Source: an uncultured Acidobacteriota bacterium (lineage in GTDB: Bacteria; Acidobacteriota; UBA6911). From it: DNA of 64,000 nt. The stretch covers positions 224,001 through 288,000 of the forward strand of contig CAWJKZ010000012.1 in assembly GCA_963843575.1 (NCBI GenBank), read 5' to 3'. Positions 50,222 through 60,022 of the stretch are shown here, in pieces. Made by a program: the position numbers and the translations under genes. The notes under the pieces were generated by a model. The model was given only the letters and a program-made list of their open reading frames with translations. It was not told the origin of the DNA and searched no databases. Positions within the stretch are counted from its first letter, which is position 1. Each line of letters opens with the position of its first letter.

Positions 50222-52666
50222 TTACTCATTGCGCAAGGCCGTCATCGGCTGGATGCTCGCGGCCCGGCGCGCGGGTAGGAGAAGCGCCGCGAGCGAAGCC
50301 ACGGCCAGAATGATCGGGACACCCACGAACGTGACCGCATCCAAGGGCCGAACCCCATAGAGCAGGCTGGCGGTGAACCTGCTCAATGCGACAGCCACGG
50401 CCAGGCCAACGGCGAGGCCGATGGCGACGAGTACGAGACCCCGACCCAGGATCGCGCGTGCCACCGAGCCGGGTGAGGCGCCCAGCGCCATGCGGATGCC
50501 GATCTCGCGGGTGCGCGTGCGAACGGAGTAGTTCACGACACCGTACAGGCCCACCAGCGCCAGCACCAGTCCGACGGAGCCGAAGATCCCGAAGAGGGCG
50601 CCGGAGACCCGGGGAAGCAGCAACGCGTCGTTGATGTGCTGGTCCAGCGTCTTTACGTTGAACAGCGGCAGTTCCCTGTCCAACGCAGTGACCTCCTGCT
50701 GCACGACTTCCGCCACATGCTGCAGATCGCCGCTGCTCCTCGCTACGATGGTGACTCCGTAAAGGGAGAAGCCGTCTTCAAAGTCCGACAGGTAGCGGAA
50801 CAGGCATGGGATGTCTCCTTCCCCGAGCGTCTCGACCTTGGCATTCCGCACCAGGCCGATCACCTCGTACAGGTTCTTCCCGCGCGGGTCGTCCCCTTCG
50901 CGGACGTGGCGGCCAATCGGGTTCTGCGCCCCGAAGAGCCGCTGTGCCGTGGCCTGGTTGATGATGGCAACGGCAGCCCTGTCGTCGCGCCGCGGATCGA
51001 AATCGCGGCCGGCCAGCAGCGAGATGCCGCTGGCGGCGAAATAGTGTGCGCTGACCCGCATCGTGTCGCCGGCGGCGCGGTGGCCTTCGGCGCTGTCGGC
51101 GTCGTAGAAATCCGCATTGTTGACGGCCAGGCTCAACGGTGGCAGGTCGACGTAGCCGATCGCCTCGATTCCCGGGACGGCCTCGACCCGCTGTTGCAGG
51201 TCGCGGAAGAAGCGCTTCAGCCTTTCCCCCGAATAACCCTGGCCTTTGGGGTCGACTGCCATCATCAGCGCGCCTTTGCCGTTCAGGCCGACGTCGATCG
51301 AAGCGGCAGTTTGCAGGCTTCTCAGGAAGAGTCCGGCGGTGACCAGCAGGATCAGCGACAATGCCACCTGCACTCCCACGAGAATGTGCGCCAGCCGGCC
51401 GCGGTTGAAGCTGCTCCCTCCCCACCCTCCCTGCCGCATGGCGCTTACGACCGTGCCGCGGGTGCCGGTCAACGCCGGGGCCAGGCCGAACAGGATCCCG
51501 GTCAAGACCGCTAGTGCAGTCGTAAAGGCAAGCACGCGAAAATCCGGCGAGAAGTCGAAGCGGATGGGTATGCCCAGCGGTGGCTGCACCCGCGCCAGTG
51601 CGGCGGTCCCGGCAACCGCCAGCAGGAAGCCGAGCGCCGCGCCGGCGGCGGAAAGCAGGACACTTTCGCTGAGCAGTTGGCGCACGATCCTGCCGCGGCT
51701 CGCCCCGAGGGCCAGCCGGACGCCGATTTCGTGCTGCCGGGAAGCCGCGCGCGCCAGGAGCAGGTTTGCGACATTCGCGCACGCGATCAGCAGCAGGAGG
51801 CCGACGACGATCGCCAGTGCCGCGATAAGGGGCCGCAGCATATCCTGCAGAATCGGAAGGTATCCCACCCGGAAAAGACCGACCGGTTTGAACTGCGTGT
51901 TCTTCTCATACCGGGTGAGCATGCGCGCGTAGACCACGTTCGCCGCCGCCACCGCCTGCTCGCGGCTTATACCCGCGCGAAGCCGCCCGGTCATCTCGAG
52001 CCACGTGCAGTTGCGGTTCATGTCCATCGAGGCGATGTCCTGCGACAGGTGTGTGCGCATGGCCAGCGGGGCCCAGAATTCGGACACTATGCCCCGGTCG
52101 GTGCCGAAGAATCCGGGAGCCGTGACTCCCACGACCGTGTAGGGCGCACCGCTGAGCACGATGCGCTTTCCCACGACATCCCGGTCGGCTCCCAGGCTGC
52201 GCCAGAGCCCATACCCCAGCACAACCACGGCGTCCCGCCCTCGAACCTCGTCTTCGGACGGGATAATCCCGCGTCCCAACAGCAGCGGCGCGCCCGTCAC
52301 CTGGAAGTAGTTGCCTGAAACGAGCACCCCCCAGACTCGCTGCGCACCCGAGCCGCCGCTGATGTTGGCGGCCACGGGAAACAGCGAATGCGCCGCAAGC
52401 CCTTCGAACACCTGGCCCGTCTGATCGCGAAAATCGAGATACACGGGAATGGAGCTGCTCGGGCGCCCGGCGGGTTCCATGACGCAGAGCCGCGCCGGAT
52501 CCCGGACGGGCAGGTCCCGGATCAGCAGTTCGTTGACGATGCTGAAGACCGCCGTGTTGGCGGCGATGCCCAGTGCCATCGAGATGATGATGGTGGCCGT
52601 GAGGGCCGGAGTCTTCAGGAAAGACCGAATGGCATAGGCAACATCCTGGCGCAGGGACGGCAGCAT
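50222..52666 (-). CDS. ADOP/MacB-FtsX duplicated ABC permease
   Basis: QDVAYAIRSF, IACANVANLLLAR, RTREIGIRMALGA, PMTALRNE. Confidence 0.92.
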   Translation of the reverse strand: MLPSLRQDVAYAIRSFLKTPALTATIIISMALGIAANTAVFSIVNELLIRDLPVRDPARLCVMEPAGRPSSSIPVYLDFRDQTGQVFEGLAAHSLFPVAANISGGSGAQRVWGVLVSGNYFQVTGAPLLLGRGIIPSEDEVRGRDAVVVLGYGLWRSLGADRDVVGKRIVLSGAPYTVVGVTAPGFFGTDRGIVSEFWAPLAMRTHLSQDIASMDMNRNCTWLEMTGRLRAGISREQAVAAANVVYARMLTRYEKNTQFKPVGLFRVGYLPILQDMLRPLIAALAIVVGLLLLIACANVANLLLARAASRQHEIGVRLALGASRGRIVRQLLSESVLLSAAGAALGFLLAVAGTAALARVQPPLGIPIRFDFSPDFRVLAFTTALAVLTGILFGLAPALTGTRGTVVSAMRQGGWGGSSFNRGRLAHILVGVQVALSLILLVTAGLFLRSLQTAASIDVGLNGKGALMMAVDPKGQGYSGERLKRFFRDLQQRVEAVPGIEAIGYVDLPPLSLAVNNADFYDADSAEGHRAAGDTMRVSAHYFAASGISLLAGRDFDPRRDDRAAVAIINQATAQRLFGAQNPIGRHVREGDDPRGKNLYEVIGLVRNAKVETLGEGDIPCLFRYLSDFEDGFSLYGVTIVARSSGDLQHVAEVVQQEVTALDRELPLFNVKTLDQHINDALLLPRVSGALFGIFGSVGLVLALVGLYGVVNYSVRTRTREIGIRMALGASPGSVARAILGRGLVLVAIGLAVGLAVAVALSRFTASLLYGVRPLDAVTFVGVPIILAVASLAALLLPARRAASIQPMTALRNE

Positions 52667-52940
52667 CAAGGCCTCCGAGTGTATGCACCAGGGTTAACGA
52701 ACGATGTCCGCCAAATGTTCCAGTCTTGAACAGCGGCCGGCTCCCTAACGACAATGTTTCCAGGACGCTGATTTGCGCGGGTGCACGCAGATTCTGACCT
52801 GGTGAAGTGCCGGCATCATAGCTGTGGACTAATGAAACCATCCGGGGTTATAAACGGAACACCTCCGACGCGATCCTGGCCGCAGAGGCCTGGGACGAAT
52901 GCCGGAGGCGCTGACCGCACTTCAAGCCTGTGGGGAGACC

Positions 52941-53564
52941 ATGAAATTCAAACTGCGCACCGCACTCTTTCTGGCCCTTGCGATCGCCGCTCCGGCTTTC
53001 GGACAGGAAAACACGAACGTCCTTTCGCCCGCGGAGACGTCGGAAGGCTGGACCCTTCTGTGGGATGGCGCCTCGACAAACGGTTGGGAGAACGCGGTGA
53101 ATTCAGAAATGGAAATCACCGGGGGCGTCATGAGGCAGGCCCGGGGCGCTTTCGTGTGGCTGCGACACAAGGCGACGTACGCCGATTTTGCTCTCAGGCT
53201 CGATTTCCGGATGCTGACCGAAGACGCCGACAGCGGGGTCTTCGTCCGGGCCTCCCGGGACGGGGACCCGACCAAGACCGGGTACCAGGTCAACATCAAC
53301 AACCTGAACGTCGAGTACGGCACCGGCAGCCTGGTCAACCGGGCGAAGTACAGCGGTTCCAAAATCAAGGCTGGGGAGTGGCACCACTTCGAGATCAGGG
53401 CGGAGGGCGACCATATCGTGGTGGCGCTGGACGGGAAGAAGACCGTCGACGTGCGGGACGGCGCAGCACGCGAGGGCTACATCGGCTTGCAGCTCGTGAA
53501 GCCCCAGGAGGTGGAGTTCCGCAATATCCGGCTCAAGAAGGTGGGGCCGGGGACTCGCCTGTAA
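52941..53564 (+). CDS. DUF1080 (3-keto-disaccharide hydrolase) domain protein
   Basis: Signal peptide, GWTLLWDG, DSGVFVR, GEWHHFEI, GYIGLQ, EFRNIRLK. Confidence 0.88.
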   Translation: MKFKLRTALFLALAIAAPAFGQENTNVLSPAETSEGWTLLWDGASTNGWENAVNSEMEITGGVMRQARGAFVWLRHKATYADFALRLDFRMLTEDADSGVFVRASRDGDPTKTGYQVNINNLNVEYGTGSLVNRAKYSGSKIKAGEWHHFEIRAEGDHIVVALDGKKTVDVRDGAAREGYIGLQLVKPQEVEFRNIRLKKVGPGTRL

Positions 53565-53766
53565 GATCAGCGCACATCCGCGTCCTGGAAACGTGCCATC
53601 CCATCACTCAGCGACCGGTCAATTGCTCCAGGAAAAATGGCGCTACGAAACCGATCGATCATGGTAACAGGACGCGGATTTGCGCGGATTCACGCGGATA
53701 TCGACTTGGTGACAGGCCGCGCCCGATCCGCGTGAATGCGTCAAATCCGCGAAAATCCGCGTTCTG
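53565..53766. repeat. Family B repeats
   Basis: GCGCACATCCGCGTCCTGGAAACGT, and GGACGCGGATTTGCGCGGATTCACGCGGATATCGACTTGG...GATCCGCGTGAAT...AATCCGCGTTCTG. Confidence 0.75.
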
Positions 53767-53821
53767 GCCTGCCAACTGGATCAGCGCGATCGCCGCGCTG
53801 GCGGCGGTTGACGGGCGGCTC

Positions 53822-54145
53822 TCACTTCGAGCCCTTGCTTCCCTCTTCCGGAGGCTTGACGAGCCGCTGCTTTCGGTTCCGGGCCTTGGTCTTGCCCGCC
53901 CTCCGCTTCGCCCAGTAGGCCTTCATGCGCTCGCTGATGGCTTTCCTGGCCGCCGCCGACTGGGGGCCCGGCTTGCGTGCGGTGCCTTCGGACTTAACCG
54001 CCCGCGGCCTGCGGACGGCGGCCGACCGTTTTGCAGACCTCGGGCCGGCGCCCTTTGCGCCCCGGAGAGCATCGATTTCCGCCTGGATCGCTTCCTTCCG
54101 CCTTTCGAGTGCTTCGATCGCCAGTGCAATTATGGACACGTCCAT
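53822..54145 (-). CDS. Small Lys/Arg-rich hypothetical protein (possible nucleoid-associated protein)
   Basis: AGAGGAG RBS; N-terminal coiled coil LAIEALERRKEAIQAEIDAL; basic tail SAAARKAISERMKAYWAKRR. Confidence 0.7.
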   Translation of the reverse strand: MDVSIIALAIEALERRKEAIQAEIDALRGAKGAGPRSAKRSAAVRRPRAVKSEGTARKPGPQSAAARKAISERMKAYWAKRRAGKTKARNRKQRLVKPPEEGSKGSK

Positions 54146-54356
54146 CAGTTCTCCTCTATTGGTGCCGGGTTGTCGGTTGCGCAGGGGATAACTTACGTTG
54201 ACCAGGGCCCAGGGGTCAGGGACGAGATCAGAAAGGCAGGGCCGCAAGCAAGCTGAGCGCGCAGAATTGCGAGAATCCCGCGCGCTCACGCTTGCGCCCC
54301 TGGGGATTTCTTCCAACAAGGGCTCTGTCACCGGCGACGCCGTGCTTGCCCCGCTC

Positions 54357-55550
54357 CTAGGCCGGGAACATGCTCTTCTTTATCCCCGGATATAATTTGA
54401 GAGCATTCTGATAATAGATCTTCTTCAGCACGTCATCAGGCAATGAAACGCCGCAAACCATCCACCTCCCCTGGTAGTGGTGCGCTTTCGAAACGTCAAA
54501 GTACTCGTCGTTCGTTTCGTACCATCTCCAGTTGGTGCGATACATCTCGGCATTGATCGGCCCGTCTTCACAGCCGTCCGTGCCGAAAGTAAGCCTGTCC
54601 GCATGTTTGATGAGGAACTCCCTGGCCGTGTAAGGCTGGCGTCCCATCTCGTGGATTCTAGCCGAAGTGTCGTAGTAGACATTGGGATATTTATCGAGCC
54701 ACTCTCCGGCCAAGGCGAGGTTCTCCGACATGCCGCCGACGTGGGCCACCATGAACTTCGTCTTGGGATGTTTGGCGAACATCCGGTTCCGTTGTTCCAT
54801 TATTTCTTCTATCTTGTACAGTTCCGGACGGCTAAACATCCAGTCGGGGTGATCGATCACTTCTTCAAGGCGCTCATTGTCCTTGTCCAGCGGCGTGAAA
54901 AACGCCAGTGGATCTCCCACGTGAATCGTCACGGGTATCCCGAGACTGGCGCACTTCTCCCACACCTCGTCCAGTTTGGGAGAATCGACGGGCAGGTAGG
55001 TCCCGTCCGCCAGCTTGGTCTGCAGACCCAGTTCTTTTCGGATCTTCAGGGCCTGGGCTCCCTTCTCCACGTCTCGTTCGATTTTATCGGCCATCTGTTT
55101 GCCGAAATCCGAGTCGTTCAGATTCGTCCAGTCGATGCGGGTATAGACCAGGAATCGGTCCGGGTTGCTCTTCTTGAATTTTTCCAGGCTCTTCTCGAAC
55201 ACCCCGCCGGGATAACCGTCCAGATCCACGACTATCCCGACGTTGCAGTCATCCATGGTCTTCACGAGGTCCGATACGTTCGTCTCGGCATTCACCAGCC
55301 TTCTCAGGTGATTGTGAGTGTCGATCGCCGGAAACTTGGCCTTGTCCACTTGGGTTTGTTTGACCTTGAGCATCGTCCGCGGATGATAGTCCAACAGCCG
55401 GATGTTTTTCAGATCGCCGGAGGTGTCCGCCGGTGCCGCTTTAGGGGTTTCGGCAGGCTTTGAGCAACTCCCCCCGATAGCCGCCAACGATAGAGCAGCA
55501 GAACCCGCCGCCGTAGTCTTTATGATTTCCCGTCTCGTCCAGTTCTTCAT
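54357..55550 (-). CDS. Amidohydrolase family protein (Tat lipoprotein)
   Basis: TRREII, GGSC lipobox, IDTHNH, IHVGDP, VAHVGG, FGTD. Confidence 0.88.
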   Translation of the reverse strand: MKNWTRREIIKTTAAGSAALSLAAIGGSCSKPAETPKAAPADTSGDLKNIRLLDYHPRTMLKVKQTQVDKAKFPAIDTHNHLRRLVNAETNVSDLVKTMDDCNVGIVVDLDGYPGGVFEKSLEKFKKSNPDRFLVYTRIDWTNLNDSDFGKQMADKIERDVEKGAQALKIRKELGLQTKLADGTYLPVDSPKLDEVWEKCASLGIPVTIHVGDPLAFFTPLDKDNERLEEVIDHPDWMFSRPELYKIEEIMEQRNRMFAKHPKTKFMVAHVGGMSENLALAGEWLDKYPNVYYDTSARIHEMGRQPYTAREFLIKHADRLTFGTDGCEDGPINAEMYRTNWRWYETNDEYFDVSKAHHYQGRWMVCGVSLPDDVLKKIYYQNALKLYPGIKKSMFPA

Positions 55551-56606
55551 AACCAGATACTCCCATCGAATAGGTTTTGACTCCGTCAAAAAAGGCTGCA
55601 TGGAAGCGGAGTCACGCCAGACCGGGTCTGGAAACAAATGACAGATAATCGAAAGCTTCCGCAAACCGTAGCGGATTATAGCCGAACCTTGGAGAAACAG
55701 TAAAGCGTTTCAGAAGCCCGCAGTTATGGCGCAAACCCGCATCCGGTGGTTTTGGTGACCCGATACGGCAGACGGTTTGCCGCCTACGGGCTGAATGTGG
55801 AAGAGGGCGACTCTGCTGCTCCACCCTTGGCTCGCACTCGATGGGGACTGGCTTTCAGCGATCGCGAAATCCTCCGGCTAGGCCCTGACAAGTGCTGCGG
55901 ATTCAACTACCCCCGGGATACGCCGAGCGAACTATAATGCCGGCAAATCCCAGTGATTCTCGTCGCACTGCGACGGTCGCCTTCTCCATGAGTCGGCATA
56001 TCGGTGAGCGCATCGTGACTTGTAGTACGCCCAGAGGACAGGCACGAATCCTGAGCGCGCGCCTCTGCGAACTTCTGAGTGGTCTCGCAAGCCGTGTCGA
56101 TGCGACGCCTCAACATCAGCGGCGGCAACCTCTCGCTCATGGACTACTGCTCGGCCGGGCCCGGAGTACGCCAGAGCGTGTTGAGCAGAATCACCACGAC
56201 CGCAAACGTCAGGAAGTCATTATCACTCAGTCCGCACAGGAGGCTGCGTATCGATCCGGTTCACTGCGAGTGCGGCCGCAATCCCCCCAGCCAGCGTTTC
56301 CGATAAATCAGGCAAAGCAGTCGACCACCTCGAAGCAGGAGACTCTGCATCTTAATATATGTGATTGGATTATCTGATTTACCGTATTGACTGTCATTTT
56401 CATTTATTGCTTGACAGGCGGGTGAATTCAGGCGCATCTTTTCTTTATCTCGGATGTTCGGACCCGCCTGCCGCATCTGCTCCGACTCGGGAGCATCACA
56501 CCTCTTGCGGCACAATGACCCTCTCATCCCCGATATAGGAGTTCCCCCTGCTTGGCAGGGGTGAAAAAATACTCCCATAACTCTATCCAATGTGAAAGCA
56601 GGGTGT

Positions 56607-57050
56607 ATGAAAAAACGGATTGTGTCGAGTATCTTGGCCGCAAGTCTACTTGTCGTTCTTTCGGTGGCTCTTGCGTATGCAGGTGAGAGGGCTAGGTTAA
56701 CTGTTACGGTTCCTTTTGCATTCACAGCCGGCAGCGTGTCATTCCCTTCGGGCGAGTACACCATTTCCGAGACCTCTATTAACAGTCTTTTGCTGATCCA
56801 AAACAGGCAGGATTTTCTCGCGAGTTATGTTCAAAGCTACCCGGGACGATCGCCCGGTCAATTTGGGATCACAAAAACCGTGTTCCATCGTTACGGTGAT
56901 CACTATTTCCTTTCGCAAGTGTTTGATGGCCTGGAGGGCAGTTCGCGCAAGCTTTCGGTATCGCGGCTGGAGAGAGAGTTAATCGGTGCAGCCCGCTCGC
57001 CTGCTCATGATTCTCGGCCGTCTGACGTGATCGTTGCTGGAATTCGCTGA
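56607..57050 (+). CDS. Secreted hypothetical protein
   Basis: Signal peptide, VTVPFAFTAG..FPSGEYTI, VFHRYGDHYFLSQV, a pattern common in acidobacterial hypotheticals. Confidence 0.75.
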   Translation: MKKRIVSSILAASLLVVLSVALAYAGERARLTVTVPFAFTAGSVSFPSGEYTISETSINSLLLIQNRQDFLASYVQSYPGRSPGQFGITKTVFHRYGDHYFLSQVFDGLEGSSRKLSVSRLERELIGAARSPAHDSRPSDVIVAGIR

Positions 57051-57163
57051 GAGGTTGATGTGCAGCGAGCAAAGCGCCTCAGGTGTTGTTAAAGGATGCG
57101 AGGCCAGCAAACTTGCACGGGAGAACGCAGGGACATCTTCACTTGACTCTCCGATGAAACACG

Positions 57164-57192
57164 GGGGCCGCTCTTCGGGGCGGCCCCTTTTT
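57164..57192 (+). terminator. Rho-independent terminator
   Basis: GGGGCCGCTC-TTCG-GGGCGGCCCC stem-loop followed by a T run. Confidence 0.75.
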
Positions 57193-57640
57193 AACGGTGT
57201 GCGCGGACGTCCGGCTCGTCGAGAACGACTAGAGGAGGTCTGAACTGCCAGCACCGGGGCATTGACGAAGGCATCACTGGAGACAAAAATCCCGTGAAGT
57301 TGTATGTGGCCTGGAATCGCCATAGCGTTGCATGCGCGATGGGCTTAATCCACAACCTGGCGATTGGCGTCCACGGCCAGAGGCTCAGTGAGGCTCCCAC
57401 CCAATGCACCGAGATCGAGCATCCCGCCGGCCTGCGTCTCGGCAGCCCCATCGCGGGCACTCAGGTTTCTTAGTCCGTTCCTGTCCCTAAGTTGCGTTTT
57501 CTTCCCCAACGAAACTCCACCGTCCGGTGAGCTCCTGATTCTCCTCGAACGCCGCAACGGGTCATAAAGATTGTCTCAATGCCACGCATTTCTCAACACT
57601 GGACAGCCATCCACTGCCTACGAAGGTGTCTGAAATGCGG

Positions 57641-58072
57641 CTATTTCGTTTGCCTAACACAGTACTCGTCGAACGCCGCGATCAGGGACTGGGCGATTTC
57701 GTGGGCTTCCCGGTTTTCAATCTGGTAGCGCTGGAGCATGAAAACCGCTTGGCCGTCACGGAAGATTGCCACCGACGGCGACGACGGGGGGTACTCTTTC
57801 AGGTAGCCGCGAACGCAGGCTGTGGCTTCAATATCGCCACCGGCAAAGACCGTGGCCACCTTGTCAGGCAGCGCCGAATGTTTTAAGGCCATTGCGATGC
57901 CTGGACGCGCGCGGCCGGCCGCACAGCCGCACATGGAATTAATCACCATCATCACCGTGCCGTTGCCCGGTCTCAAGATCTCATCCACCGCTTCCGGCGT
58001 CCGCGTCTCAAGTACCTCTAACCGGGTCAACTCCTCGCGCATGGGGCCAATAAACTCTTCTGGATATCTCAC
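57641..58072 (-). CDS. BrxA/BrxB family bacilliredoxin
   Basis: PMREELT, INSMCGCAAGRARP (CGC motif), TVFAG, PSSPS. Confidence 0.92.
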   Translation of the reverse strand: MRYPEEFIGPMREELTRLEVLETRTPEAVDEILRPGNGTVMMVINSMCGCAAGRARPGIAMALKHSALPDKVATVFAGGDIEATACVRGYLKEYPPSSPSVAIFRDGQAVFMLQRYQIENREAHEIAQSLIAAFDEYCVRQTK

Positions 58073-58181
58073 AACTTCCTCCTTGCTCGATCTGGGCAGT
58101 GCAAAGCAGGCTTAACCACATGAGTTCGCCCGGCTTAGTTCTCCCATACGTTTCCTCTCTTGTTGTAGTGGATGGGGGTGG

Positions 58182-58442
58182 CTACTTCTTCCAGTAATCG
58201 TAATTTATCTGAATGAACGACTTCCATTTCTCTGGGACTTCACTTTCGGGGAAGATGGCCGTGACCGGGCATGCAGGCTCGCAAGCGCCACAGTCAATGC
58301 ATTCGTCAGGGTTGATATAAAGCTGTGTTGCCTCAGCGAACCCCACATCATCCTTCCTGGGATGAATGCAATCCACCGGACAAACATCAACACACGCGGT
58401 GTCTTTGATGTTGATGCAAGGTTCAGCAATAATATACGTCAT
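58182..58442 (-). CDS. fdxA: 7Fe ([3Fe-4S]/[4Fe-4S]) ferredoxin
   Basis: MTYIIAEPCINIKDTACVDVCPVDCI and CIDCGACEPACP. Confidence 0.9.
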   Translation of the reverse strand: MTYIIAEPCINIKDTACVDVCPVDCIHPRKDDVGFAEATQLYINPDECIDCGACEPACPVTAIFPESEVPEKWKSFIQINYDYWKK

Positions 58443-58603
58443 ATCCCCCCACTGGCGGTTCCAAGCGAAGCTCGCGAGCAAGCGCCCCCACGGAGGGAAA
58501 CTTGCCTTCTTGCAGCGCAACCCGCGCCGTCGACCTGACCGTGTGCTCAGTCGGCAGATCCATGGCGGTTATTGGCCAGAGTGATGGCATGCATCCCGAG
58601 CTT

Positions 58604-59080
58604 CTATAGCGACCATAACGACGGGACGAGTACTTGCTCCGTGAGAGGTTCGTACGGTTCGGGCGTGGGAAGATCCAGAACCAGCGCGCGCTGGCCTTCG
58701 CTTAGACACTGCAGGCGGACCTCGCATTTGTCCGTGAAACGGACCGCGTCACGATACGTGTAGGCTGAGTCGCTCAGTTGCACGAATGTGACCTCTTCAA
58801 CCGGACCGACCGCGAGCCAGCGCTGCAGGCGTTCGGGGATGTTCCGCAAGCTGAGCCTTGCGCCTGGCGGGATGCAAACCGCCCGAATCGATTCTGTTTT
58901 GGGCCTCAGCCTGAAAAACGACCAGAGCCCGTTTGACAGCGCTTCAGGCGGAACTGCCCTTCTCTGCAAGTCCGACGGGGAAGCGAAACCGATCGTCCCG
59001 GTACGAAACCTGTGGGCGACCAATTCCTCTCCCTTGACTGCCAGCCGGTTTGGCATTGACATTAGGGAATAGTCACACAT
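58604..59080 (-). CDS. Conserved hypothetical protein (MCDYSL N-terminus)
   Basis: MCDYSL...HRF..G..GF, AVCIPPGARL, YRDAVRF; GGGAGA RBS. Confidence 0.75.
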   Translation of the reverse strand: MCDYSLMSMPNRLAVKGEELVAHRFRTGTIGFASPSDLQRRAVPPEALSNGLWSFFRLRPKTESIRAVCIPPGARLSLRNIPERLQRWLAVGPVEEVTFVQLSDSAYTYRDAVRFTDKCEVRLQCLSEGQRALVLDLPTPEPYEPLTEQVLVPSLWSL

Positions 59081-59228
59081 CTTTTCTTTCTCCCGTTGAG
59101 CCAGGATTTCCGCTTTGGACCCTGGATCAAACCTAAGCGTAAACCGAGATTTGATACATTGTCAATACCGATATTTACAAAAGCTACAAGTTGACTATAT
59201 TCTCAAGAATCCGCTAAAATAGCAATTG

Positions 59229-59933
59229 ATGGAAGGGCTGACTGCGACTAAGGTTAACGAACAGTCCACTAGGACCGAAATCCTGCACTTATTGAAGGCG
59301 CACGGCCATTTGGAAGCAAAGGCGATTGCCCAGTTTTGCGGATTTACTACGATGGCCGTCCGCCGGCACCTTCTGAGACTCTGCGCCGACCGCGTCATTC
59401 AAACGAGAACCGAGCGCCGTCCCAAGGGCCGCCCGACCACTCTTTATTCGCTCACCGACCTGGGGGATGCTCAGTTCCCGAGAGACTACGCGGCGCTGGC
59501 CAAAGAGCTACTCTCAAGCTTGGAACTCCTTGACGGCGAGTCCAAAATCGAGGCGGTTTTTCGGAGGCGTCGCTCAAACCTGATTGCGCGGTACGGTCAT
59601 CGCGTACGGGGAGGGGATCTCGAAAAGCGGGTGCGAGAGATGGCGGCGGTACTGACCGACTGCGGATACATGGCAGAAGTGGAGGTAGCGGGCTCGGGCC
59701 GTTTCTTGCTGATCGAACATAACTGCGCCATTCGCGAGGTCGCGAAAGGCTATCCCGTCGCCTGCCAGGAAGAACTGTGCCTAATCGGCGAACTCTGCGG
59801 CAGAAGTGTCGCGCGCGTCTCTCACGTTCTCGCCGGAGACAGGCACTGCTCCTACTTGGTCGAGGAGGGCGGCGGGTCAAAGAGGCCCGAAGAGAGCCCA
59901 GCGCGCAGCGATACCCCGGATCGCCGCCGATAG
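59229..59933 (+). CDS. SufR-like HTH transcriptional regulator with C-terminal Cys ligands
   Basis: MAVRRHL, GRP..LYSLT, FPRDY, EHNCAI...ACQEEL...GDRHCSY. Confidence 0.8.
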   Translation: MEGLTATKVNEQSTRTEILHLLKAHGHLEAKAIAQFCGFTTMAVRRHLLRLCADRVIQTRTERRPKGRPTTLYSLTDLGDAQFPRDYAALAKELLSSLELLDGESKIEAVFRRRRSNLIARYGHRVRGGDLEKRVREMAAVLTDCGYMAEVEVAGSGRFLLIEHNCAIREVAKGYPVACQEELCLIGELCGRSVARVSHVLAGDRHCSYLVEEGGGSKRPEESPARSDTPDRRR

Positions 59934-60022
59934 GAATCGCTCGGGTGAAGGCGCGATACACCAACGCCGCGGATTTAGTTCAAAGACTAACACCTAACCA
60001 ATGTCAACAGGAAGATAGAGAT

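Noticed and set aside
55700-56560. Possible tRNA, ncRNA or small genes at the island boundary
   Set aside because: No cloverleaf, T-loop or riboswitch consensus found, and the short ORFs have no recognisable motifs
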